Origin: Ostreococcus lucimarinus
Lineage: Eukaryota
Length of the DNA: 64,000 nt
Strand: one strand, 5' to 3'
NCBI GenBank assembly: GCA_000092065.1
Contig: CP000601.1
The translations under genes and the position numbers were made by a program. Position 1 is the stretch's first letter; each line of letters opens with the position of its first letter. Positions 10,659 through 20,300 of the stretch are shown here, one piece after another. The notes under the pieces are model-generated. The model worked only from the letters and a program-made list of their open reading frames with translations. It was not told the DNA's origin and did no database searches.

Positions 10659-11750
10659 TTACAAATTGTACGCCTCGCAGCTCTTGACGCCGTTCTCCTT
10701 GCAAAACTCGATGCTCAAATCCCAAAGCTTCGCGTTAGACTCGGCGTTTTTCGCGCGCGGCGCCATGGCATCGGCGCCGAAACCGGCGAACGCTTTGGAT
10801 AAGAGAGGCATGCCGAACATGTACGTCGCGCTCTTGTGCATCTTGAACAGCTTGGACATTTTAATCTTGAACGGCATGTAAAGCGTCGCCTTTGTTATGG
10901 ACGGCAGCGACGCCGCGTTCACGCTCGTCATCGCTCCTTGCGCGGGCGTCAAGGCCAAGATGCTCATGATCTTTCGCAAAACCGGGTTGTAATCTCTCCA
11001 AATGTTGCTCGCCACGAAGCCCGGATCTGCGGCGGCGCAGACGATCTTGTTATCCGGATACGCCGCATCCAATCGTCGCTGCAGCTCCACCGTCATCGCC
11101 AAACACGCCAACTTGCTCGACCCGTAGTTCCCCTTCGTCTTACTCGCACCCTTGTAGTAGTACTGATACTTGTTTGACCCGAACCACGTCGTCACCGAAC
11201 TCAACGCCACCACCCTCGCGCCGTCGCTCTTCATCAACTGCGGCAACAACAACGACGTGAGCATGAAGTGTCCGAGATAATTCACCCCCATGCATATGTC
11301 GTACCCTTGTTTCGTCGTCTTCGGTCCACTGTATCCGCTCGCCCCGTTCAATCCCGCGTTATTCACCAAGACGTCCAATTTTTCATACTCCTTCCCAAAC
11401 TTTTCCGCGAACGCCCTGACGCTCGCGGCGTCGCTCAGATCGAGCGCCATCACCGCCACGTCGTTCGCGCCCCCGTTTGACGCGTACTCGAGCGCCGCCC
11501 TCGCTCTGTCGATCGAGCGACACGCCATGACGACGCGCGCGCCGGCGTCCGCGAGCAACCTGGCCGTCTGCAACCCGATCCCGGTGTTCGCGCCGGTGAC
11601 CACGGCGATCTTACCGCGCATGTCCACCGCGCACGCGGCGCGAATGCCCATGGCGCTTCGTTGGACGACGTCGACGACGGTCGGGCGCGATCGCGCGCGC
11701 GACGCGACGTCGCGGCGGAGTGACGACTTTATCCACTTCGCTCGGGACAC
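10659..11750 (-). CDS. Short-chain dehydrogenase/reductase (retinol dehydrogenase/WWOX-like SDR)
   Basis: GKIAVVTGANTGIG Rossmann motif, NNAG, and YGSSK (the YxxxK catalytic motif). Confidence 0.85.
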   Translation of the reverse strand: MSRAKWIKSSLRRDVASRARSRPTVVDVVQRSAMGIRAACAVDMRGKIAVVTGANTGIGLQTARLLADAGARVVMACRSIDRARAALEYASNGGANDVAVMALDLSDAASVRAFAEKFGKEYEKLDVLVNNAGLNGASGYSGPKTTKQGYDICMGVNYLGHFMLTSLLLPQLMKSDGARVVALSSVTTWFGSNKYQYYYKGASKTKGNYGSSKLACLAMTVELQRRLDAAYPDNKIVCAAADPGFVASNIWRDYNPVLRKIMSILALTPAQGAMTSVNAASLPSITKATLYMPFKIKMSKLFKMHKSATYMFGMPLLSKAFAGFGADAMAPRAKNAESNAKLWDLSIEFCKENGVKSCEAYNL

Positions 11751-11860
11751 TTTTCGGCGCGACTCCGAGGCGCGACGCGCACGTCGCGACGCGCCGACGC
11801 GCTTCGACCGGTCGCGCGCGCGCGGACGAGCGACGATAGACGCGGGCGATCGTCGAGACG

Positions 11861-12505
11861 ATGCCGGCGCCGACGCGACCGCCGACGCGACACCACCACT
11901 TCGAGACTGGGACGTACAAACCGAGCGGGCTGTTCCTGCCGGACGACGAGTACGGACGCGCTTTGGACGCGCTGGTGAAGGGCTGCGTCGATTGCTTGCT
12001 GACGAACGAAAAGGGAGAGGTTTTGCTCGGGCTGCGCAAGCACGAACCGGCGAAAGGGACGTGGTGGTACATCGGTGGACGGATGCGCACGGGGGAGACG
12101 GTGGAGGAGACGGCGAGACGGCACGCGAAGCGAGACATCGGGATCGAGATCGACACGGAGCGGTTTCGATTCGTGACCACGAGCACGATGAATTGGGAAT
12201 TTCGAGTGCAGGAGCCGGCGGGGAACGGGACGTGCGATATTAACGTGGTCCTCGCGGCGACGCTGACGGAGGAGGAAATCGCGCGCAAGACGATGTGCGC
12301 CGACGAATATTTAGATCAAAAATTTTGGTCCGTGGAGGACATCTTAGCCGTGACGGACGAAAAAGTGATTTTACCGCCGATTCACATCTCTGCAAAGAAA
12401 ATGGTGTGGTCTGAACGCGAGGATGCGATGTACGCGGCGGTGGCTCGCGGCGCGGACGACGCGGAAATCGCCCGACTCGCGCGCCGCGCGTACGAGTTCG
12501 CGTGA
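11861..12505 (+). CDS. Nudix-fold protein with a degenerate Nudix box
   Basis: GGRMRTGETVEETARRHAKRDIGIEI aligns to the Nudix box GX5EX7REUXEEXGU, but the three catalytic Glu positions read H, R and D. Confidence 0.5.
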   Translation: MPAPTRPPTRHHHFETGTYKPSGLFLPDDEYGRALDALVKGCVDCLLTNEKGEVLLGLRKHEPAKGTWWYIGGRMRTGETVEETARRHAKRDIGIEIDTERFRFVTTSTMNWEFRVQEPAGNGTCDINVVLAATLTEEEIARKTMCADEYLDQKFWSVEDILAVTDEKVILPPIHISAKKMVWSEREDAMYAAVARGADDAEIARLARRAYEFA

Positions 12506-12726
12506 AGCGTTCGACGTGGCGGACGCGGGCTTTCGCGAAGCCATAGTTAGACGCAATTGTTTTAATGATTGATGCGCAAATGTTTTCGTGTTGTTACACT
12601 AACTGACTAAGTAAGAAGTCTTCGATCATCGTCGTGAAAATTGGCGCGGCGGAGCGCACATCGTTAGCGCTGCCCATCCTTGCTTGAAAAAATGTTGTTT
12701 GTTTATCTTTGTCCGATATCGTTCGA

Positions 12727-13383
12727 TTAGAACAGCGCGGAGCCGCCCATGATCTTTTCGACGATCGGCAACGCGACGAGACCGATCATCGCACCGCGAC
12801 CGTTCGTCATCTCCGCCTCCGCGCGGAACGGCCCGAACGCCTCGGGCGCCTCGTCCAAGCCGTTCGGCGACGACTTCTTGAGCGCCGGCGCCAAAGAGGA
12901 CGCCAAGGTCAAGATCACGCAGGCCGGCACGAGGAAGAACCCGGCCGCCGGGTACGTGGACGTGCGCGTGATGCCGTCCGCGAGCGTGAACGTGCGTTCG
13001 TTGAACAATTGGTGCATGAAGCTCGTGTTCGACGTCAGCTCCACGTAGAGCGCCGCCGTCCACCCAATCATCGCCGCGCGACCGTTGATCGTCTCCACCG
13101 CGCGCGAGTCCTTGAACGCGAGCATGACGGAGTCGAGCATGGAGTTATCGTTCCCGAGCGGCGCCGCTTCGGCGATGGAGCCGTCGGCCGGGTCGATCGC
13201 GTCGACGCGCATCGTCGGCTGCTTGGACGCCGCGTCGGCATCCTTCCACTCGGAGTTCGCCTCTTCGACCGCCTTGGAGACGTCGTTTTCGGCGCGGACC
13301 GCGACGGAGGCGCGGCGGTGCGCGCGCTGCGTCTTGACGACGGCGCGGGCGGCGAGTTGGGGGCGAGTCGTGACGGCGAACAT
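12727..13383 (-). CDS. Light-harvesting-like (ELIP/LIL family) chlorophyll-binding protein, chloroplast
   Basis: Two LHC motifs, ETINGRAAMIGW and EMTNGRGAMIGL, in predicted helices. Transit-peptide-like N-terminus from MFAVTTRP. Confidence 0.7.
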   Translation of the reverse strand: MFAVTTRPQLAARAVVKTQRAHRRASVAVRAENDVSKAVEEANSEWKDADAASKQPTMRVDAIDPADGSIAEAAPLGNDNSMLDSVMLAFKDSRAVETINGRAAMIGWTAALYVELTSNTSFMHQLFNERTFTLADGITRTSTYPAAGFFLVPACVILTLASSLAPALKKSSPNGLDEAPEAFGPFRAEAEMTNGRGAMIGLVALPIVEKIMGGSALF

Positions 13384-13766
13384 GTCGTGCGTGCGTGTGC
13401 GAGAGTGACGCGATGCGGCGCGCCGTCGACGGTGACGTCGAATTTTGTCATTTTCGCGCGTCACTGTTTACGCATACGAGCGGTCGGTCGCGCGACACGA
13501 ATCGTCGACGTCGACGGTTCGCGCGTGACGTCACGCGACCGCGCGACGAAACGCGCGGTCGCCGCGGTCGACGCGGTCGACGCGCGCGCGGTCGGAGGCG
13601 AGGCGTCGGCGTCGGCGTCGCGCGCGACGCGCGAAGCCCGCGGGGCGCGCGGCGAAGGGCGCGGCGAGACGCGACGGTGCGCGCGACGACGCGATGGACG
13701 CTTTATGACTTTATGGGTCCTCGGGACGAGGGGGCGAATGTTACAAGTTTGAGCGATGCGCGCGAT

Positions 13767-15947
13767 TCATCGCCCGTCGCAGACGTCCGCGACGTCGTCC
13801 GGTCGTCCGACGATGACGTCTTCGCGGTCGATGGTGACCATGCCGAGCCTGGCGCCCTTGGGCTTTTTCACGTACTTAGGAGACGTGTACGAAACGTTGA
13901 CTTTGCCGCCCGTTCTCACTTTCGAATGAAAGCTCGCGACGTTGGCGGCGAATTGGATGTCGTCGTCTGAGGCGGTTTCGCCTGGTTGTTGGCGAAGGAT
14001 GACGTGCGCGCCCGGGGCGCCGCGAACGTGAAACCACACGTCTTGGTCTTGTCCGAAGAAAAGCGAAACCGCTTCGTTTCCGCGGCTATTTCTTCCGCAG
14101 TACACCTCCTTTCCACTCGGCGCGGTATAGATGCGAATGGCGTTCATCATCTCTTGCTTACGCGCTTGCTTACCGGTTTTCGGCTTCGCGCCGCCGCCCT
14201 TCTTCGCCGCCGCCATCGCGCGCGTCTTCGCGTCGGCGCCCTTGCCCGTGGGCTTTAAGAATCCACCGTCCACGAGTTCGGCGCCAATTTCCTCGATGAA
14301 CAATAAATCGTCGCGCGATTTGAACTCGCTGACTTCGAGAATACTAAATTCGACGCCCTCTAAATACTCAATCTCGCTCGCATTTTGTTCGATGAGCGGC
14401 TCGACGGCGTCGGCGGTGCGACGCAGCTTTCTCGTCTTTTTGTACAGCGCCTCGGCGGTGCCCACAGGACCTTTCTCGGGATCTACTTTAAACATCACTG
14501 TCTCGCCCGTGGTGAAGTCTTGACCCTCAAGCTCGCTCGAACCAGGCTTATAGTTGTAACTGTACGCCATCAACGCGTCGGCGAGCAGTTGAATTTCTTC
14601 GTGCCCGCTCGCCGCCTCTAATTGCTTGCGGAACCCAACGTCTTTGCTCGCCAACTTTTTCAGACGCGCGCGCACGGCTTGTAAAATGCGCGAGCGTTCG
14701 CGCTCGAACACGTCGGTTTCGCCCGCTTCGCCGTACACAGCGCCGAAAAGAGCGCCGATCGGCCCGCCGGCAACGCTCAAATCGTCGGCGGCGGGCGGCA
14801 AGACGACGCCCGCGGACGACGGGTGCAATAACAACTGCCCGAACTCTTCGCACCACGTGGCGTTTGCGAGCGTACCCGCACTGTCGGCATCACTTGAAAC
14901 GCTCGCAATCCATCGCATGAACTCATCGTACACGGCGACCCAATCGCTCGCACTCGCGGTTTCGACGCGCTCGCCATCGGCGACGCCCGCGCCGCGAATC
15001 AACGCCTTGGCCAAAGCCGGTGACACCCCTCGAAACGCGCGCACCATGCACTCATCCAAACGCGCTTCGCCCATATCACCACTGCGACCGCGTGCGACGT
15101 CGCGCAACACCGCGGTCCATCCGTCCACGCCCCCTTCAACCCCGGTCGTGGGATCGATCCCGGGCGCCGAGGGCGGCGGCTCGTACGCGTACCCGATCGC
15201 CAATCGCCGCACACTCGTCTGTTTCTCCCCAACCTGATACCCACACGCTAAAACTTCATCATTATTTTTACTATCAAGCAAGAACGCGTTGCTGTACCGC
15301 CCCATGACCTCACACAACAGCTCGTACTCTGCCTCACCTCCCGGCCTATCGCCGAATCGCAACCGACACGCGCGTTCCCACGCCGTCCCCACGCGCGCAT
15401 CCAGCAGCACCTTCCCCTTGAGCAGCGCGTTCGCGCTCTCGCCAAAACTAAGATTCATCCCCTTCTCCACCTTGGCCCCGCGCGCGCTCATCGCGACGTG
15501 CGCGGTCACCGGGTGCCAACTCACTCGCACGCTCCGCCGTCCATCCGCCGCGCGCGCGTCCAGCGTCATCGAGTGCGCGTCCACCTGCGCGCACGCGTCG
15601 ATCTTCACCGGCGTCGACAGCGCGTTTATCTCCCGCACGCTCGCGACGAGGGCGGTGTAATCGAACGTCGCGGGCGTCGCGCGCGCGGCGCGAACGACGA
15701 CGAGCGAGCGGCGGTGACGCGGCGACGGCGCGCGCCGCGGCGACGCGAGCGACGCGATGCGCCAACGCGCGCGCGCGGGGATGCGTGACGCGCGGTACAT
15801 GACGCCGAGCGCGGGCGCGGGCGGGCCGCGGGCGCGCCGCGGGCGGACGCGCGCGAGGGAAAGTGAGGACGCGGCGCGAGCGGGACGCGAAGCGTCTCGG
15901 CGAAAGGTTCGGCGCGCGAATGAATATCTGGCGATGAGCGTTGACAC
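13767..15947 (-). CDS. NFACT-family protein (bacterial FbpA/RqcH-like): NFACT-N plus NFACT-R/DUF814, probably organelle-targeted
   Basis: N-terminal FbpA-like domain (FDYTALVASVREIN...). C-terminal DUF814 with WFHVRGAPGAHVIL and the GKVNVSYTSPKYVKKPKG motif. Arg/Ala/Ser-rich presequence. 726 aa, bacterial-sized rather than NEMF-sized. Confidence 0.7.
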   Translation of the reverse strand: MSTLIARYSFARRTFRRDASRPARAASSLSLARVRPRRARGPPAPALGVMYRASRIPARARWRIASLASPRRAPSPRHRRSLVVVRAARATPATFDYTALVASVREINALSTPVKIDACAQVDAHSMTLDARAADGRRSVRVSWHPVTAHVAMSARGAKVEKGMNLSFGESANALLKGKVLLDARVGTAWERACRLRFGDRPGGEAEYELLCEVMGRYSNAFLLDSKNNDEVLACGYQVGEKQTSVRRLAIGYAYEPPPSAPGIDPTTGVEGGVDGWTAVLRDVARGRSGDMGEARLDECMVRAFRGVSPALAKALIRGAGVADGERVETASASDWVAVYDEFMRWIASVSSDADSAGTLANATWCEEFGQLLLHPSSAGVVLPPAADDLSVAGGPIGALFGAVYGEAGETDVFERERSRILQAVRARLKKLASKDVGFRKQLEAASGHEEIQLLADALMAYSYNYKPGSSELEGQDFTTGETVMFKVDPEKGPVGTAEALYKKTRKLRRTADAVEPLIEQNASEIEYLEGVEFSILEVSEFKSRDDLLFIEEIGAELVDGGFLKPTGKGADAKTRAMAAAKKGGGAKPKTGKQARKQEMMNAIRIYTAPSGKEVYCGRNSRGNEAVSLFFGQDQDVWFHVRGAPGAHVILRQQPGETASDDDIQFAANVASFHSKVRTGGKVNVSYTSPKYVKKPKGARLGMVTIDREDVIVGRPDDVADVCDGR

Positions 15948-15977
15948 GCGCGCGCGTTCGTTCGGTCGGTCGTTTGT

Positions 15978-17108
15978 CTAGGATGTCTTGGCCGATTTCG
16001 GGGTGACTTCCTCGGCGCGCGTCTCGCGAAGGAAGACGCGGTCTTCGGGCTTGTTGTTCTCTCGCTCTTCGTGCGCGTACGAAGACGCGATGGCGAGCAA
16101 GGACCCACAAGGACTGAAAGCGAGCGCTGAGATGGAGGTGGGGTAGCGGGGCGACTGAAAAAGTCGCTTTTTAGCGTCGCCATCCCAAAAATTGACGTAA
16201 CCGTCGCCGCCGCCCGTGGCGAATGTGCCGTGGACGGGATGAAACGCCACCGCGTGGACGGGATAAACAATCTCACCCACGCTCGCGTCATCGGTTTTGC
16301 GATGACACTTGAACGCATATTTTCGCTTGTCGTTCTCTTCATCGCGTATGAACTCCACCGCTACGCGTCCCTCGACGCTCGCGGCCACGAATCCATCGCC
16401 TCGGATATTTGCTGCGATGGCGCGCGTTTGAAACCGCATGCTCGAACGTCTATTTATCAACGGACGCGGCGGCGCTTCCGACGCGCGTCGTCCGTCATCA
16501 CCATCCACACCGCGCACTAAATCTCGCGTCTCGTACGCCAAAACTTGCCCATCGCTCGTCGCCACGAAAATCTTACCGTCTCTCAAATCCGCCGCGTAGC
16601 ACTTCCCAGCCGTCTTCGTCGTCGACACCGCGCGCCCTCGCTCGTCCTTCGTCAAATCCCACGCCCTAATCGTTCGATCCCAGCCAAACGTAAACAATTT
16701 CTTCGTCGCATCATCGTACTCCACCGCCGACACCGCGCCGTCGTCGTGCGCGCCGACGACGCGAAACGCGCCAGTTTTAAAATCGACGAGGCGCACCGAC
16801 CCGTCGAGGCATCCCACGCACGCCGCGTCCTCATCCGTCCCGACGAACGTCCCGCACAGCGCGGGCGCGCCCAAATCGATCGAGTTCAACGATTTCACGT
16901 CCCCGATCTCGCGCGCGCGGCACGCGTACCGCCGCGCGGTCCCGTCCCAGGACGTCACCAGGAGCGTCAACCGTCGCGCCATCCCATCGTCGTCGTCGTC
17001 GCGACCCTCTCCCGCGCTGACCGCGCAGAACCGCACCGCGCTGACGCCGTCGCCGAACGCCGCGCCTCCGGCCCCTCGCACGTCGCGACCGAGGTCTCGA
17101 TGCGCCAT
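15978..17108 (-). CDS. BUB3: WD40 mitotic checkpoint protein of the BUB3 (BUB3/RAE1) family
   Basis: YAFKCHR...VYPVHAVAFHPVHGTFATGGGDGYVNFWDGDAKKRLFQSPRYPTSISALAFS...LLAIASSY, which closely resembles plant BUB3. Confidence 0.75.
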   Translation of the reverse strand: MAHRDLGRDVRGAGGAAFGDGVSAVRFCAVSAGEGRDDDDDGMARRLTLLVTSWDGTARRYACRAREIGDVKSLNSIDLGAPALCGTFVGTDEDAACVGCLDGSVRLVDFKTGAFRVVGAHDDGAVSAVEYDDATKKLFTFGWDRTIRAWDLTKDERGRAVSTTKTAGKCYAADLRDGKIFVATSDGQVLAYETRDLVRGVDGDDGRRASEAPPRPLINRRSSMRFQTRAIAANIRGDGFVAASVEGRVAVEFIRDEENDKRKYAFKCHRKTDDASVGEIVYPVHAVAFHPVHGTFATGGGDGYVNFWDGDAKKRLFQSPRYPTSISALAFSPCGSLLAIASSYAHEERENNKPEDRVFLRETRAEEVTPKSAKTS

Positions 17109-17324
17109 CGCGCGCGCGCGTCTCGCGCGCGCACCGCGCGCGCGTCCCGACCGTCACCGCGACGACGTCGTCGTCGCCCGCGCGCGCATCGGTTTATCGC
17201 CGATCGACGACGGTCAAACGCGCGTTCGGGCGCCGTCTCGATCCATGTGCGATCGCGATGACGCGCGCATAAATAATCATCGCCGCGACCGAACGCGCAT
17301 TGCGACGCGCGCGAACGCCGTGTC

Positions 17325-20300
17325 GTGCGAGCGCGTCTCGCGCGGGCGTCGCGCGCGCACCGCATTTCGCGACGGCGGTCGATGCGGGCCCCGTCGCGCG
17401 CGCCGTGCGCGTCCGCGCGCCCGGAGGCCGGCGTCGTCGACGCCCTCGATGATCTCGCCGCCGTCGACGCCCGCGCGTGCGGCATCGGCAAGCTCACGAT
17501 CGCGCACGACGACGACGACGACGACGCGCGAGGTCTCCGCCATCGCGACCGCGGCGCGTTCGCCCTCGATTTGCGCGCGTGGTCGTTCACCGCGCGCACG
17601 CAGCCGGTCCGCGCGCTCGGGGCGTGCGCGCGAGACGCGTCCGTCGACATGCGCGTGCCGTTCAGGGACGAATACGAGCGACACAGGGCGTCGCGACCGG
17701 ACGAACGCGCGCCGCGAGGGGCGAGTTGGCGCATCCATCGAGTGCGAGGATGGCGCTTCGACCTGCGCGCGCTGTACGAGGAGGTGAAAAGACGCGGTGG
17801 CGCGGACGCGATCGATGGAAATCAAGGCTGGCGCGAGGTCGCGGAGGCGATCGGGGCGCACGGACGCGGATGCGCGGCGGGACACGCGGCGAGAGCGCTG
17901 CACGGGGCGTGGCTGGAGGCGTTCGCGCGCGACGCCAAGCGAAGAGAAGACGCGGTGAAGAGCGCGCAGTTCGACGCGGTGAAGGGAGAGATCGAACAAG
18001 ATGACGCGCTGGCGATCGATGCGCTGTGTGGGCTCGAATTTGGGGCGTCGGGCGCGCCCGAACGGCGAGTCAAGGTGGAAAATGTGCGTAATTCGTGCCA
18101 TATCTTCTTCGCGCGGGACCGGGATGACGGCGAATCGCACGCGTTCGCGGCGCGTGCGACGCGCGCGCGCGATGATGGGCGTCGCGATGACGTGCGACTG
18201 ACTTTTACGGCGCGTGTTTTCGCGACGCAGGGCCTCGATCTCGTCGCCTCGCAGCTCGCGGACGCGCCCGAGGGCGACGCCGACTGCGACGTGTGCGGCG
18301 CGAGCGGGAACGAAGACGCGATGATCCTGTGCGATGGGTGCGATCGAGGGTGCGTATACGACAATGCCACGCGAGAACGCGCGCGTGAAAATTATCTCGA
18401 TCGTTCGGACGCGCGTTCGGGGAGAGAGAGCGCTCGCGCGGCGCGCGAGGGCGCGGCGAACGCGCGCGTGGGCGACGGTTAGACGTGGGGTTTAGAGGCG
18501 CGCGGGGGAGAAGGAGCCGCGAAGGAGCGACGAGACTGACGAATGATGCGCGCGTAGGTCACATATGTACTGCTTAACGCCGAAGATGACTGAAGTGCCG
18601 AGTGGAGAGTGGTTTTGTGGACGATGCGAAGAGATTGACGCGGAGGTGGAGCGATTGAGCGCGGATGAAGGGACGCAGTTTACGCTCGGCGATTTCAACG
18701 AGGCGTGCATAGAATTTGATACGGCGTTCTTTGGCGAGGACGCCAAGCGAACTGGGATCGATATGCAGGTGATTGAGGAGTGTTTCTGGCGAATGGTTGA
18801 AGATGCGAGCTCGGTGGATGATGTTTGCGAGGTCAAATGCGGCACGGCGATTGACACGACAAAGTACGGAAGCGGGTTCCCGAGACACGGCGAAGCGCTT
18901 CAGGTAAAGATTGACGGCGTGAGCCCGGAATCTATCAAGCGCTGGTCAGAGTCGAAATGGAATCTCAACAACGTCGCGCGCGCGAGTGGGGAAAAGTCGT
19001 CGCTACTGGGCGCGTTGAAGGATGACGTGGCGGGCGTGACGACGCCATTCTTAGAAGTCGGAAGCACGTTTAGTTCCACGACTTGGCGTCGAGAAGAGCA
19101 TAACATGTACAGTATCACTTACAATCACTGGGGTGCCGCGAAACTGTGGTACTGCGTGCCGGCGAGTGCAGCGGACAAGTTGGAAGAATGCTTCCAGAAG
19201 GTGATGCCCGACGTCTACGAGGCGCACGTCAACGATTTGGGAAGCGTCTTTACGATGCTCTCGCCGAGCTTCTTGATGAGCGCGGGAGTGCCCGTGCACA
19301 CGTTGGAGCAATTCCCAGGAGAATACGTGGTGACGTATCCCGGGGCGTACTACGCGTCGTTCAACTGTGGATTGAACTGCACGGAGAGCGTCAACTTTGT
19401 GCCCGCTGACTGGCTCCCAGAGGGCTCGGCGAGCGTGGAGAGAAACCGATCGTACGCCAAGCGTTCATTGTTTAGTCACGACGAGTTGGTTTGCAGAGTA
19501 GCAAACAATCCTAGTTCGAGCATAGCGCCGCACTTGTGGCCCGAGATTGCGCGCTTGTACGCTGAAGAGGCAAACGGTCGCGCCGAGCTTTTCGCGTCTG
19601 GCGTGACGCGCAGCGCGCAAATGACGTCAGCAGACGACGACGACGACGACGATGGCTGCGAAAAGCCTCGTAAAGTACGATCTAGGTTTGACGATGCATC
19701 GAACTCTGGATCCGATGAGTGCGTTGTTTGTCGACACATTTTGTACTCGTCTGGCGTCGGGTGCTCGTGCGACGAGACGCGCAAGGCGTGCTTGCGACAC
19801 GTCAACGACTTGTGCAAATGTGCGATGTCGAAGAAGACGATGTTTTACAGAGAAACAGTGGCTGATTTAGAAAGTCTGGTGAAGAAGACGGAGAAGGCGC
19901 TTTCTCAGAAGGAACTAGCCAGCTTAAAATCCAAGCACAGCGACTTGGACTCAGTCACAGTGAACAAGAATCTCGTCAAGAAGGCTCAGGCTTGGGTGAA
20001 ACGAGTGGGCGAAGAGCTCGTCAAACCACCTTTGCCGCCGCTGGACAAGATGAGAAATTTACTCGCTGCGGGTGAAGAGTTTATTTGGGGTGGTGCTGAT
20101 ATGAAGGCGGCTCGAGAAGCGTACACTCGCGTGACGAACGCCGTCGCGTGGCAGACGAGTCTTGTGGCGCTGAAGCAAAGGCTTGGATCCAGTGCTGGTG
20201 CCGAGGCCGCGCACGATGACGCTGGTGAAGCGCGATTGAGATTGAACAGACTAAAAGAGCTCCTTGACAACCCACCGGTACCGATGCCTAAGGCTGATAC

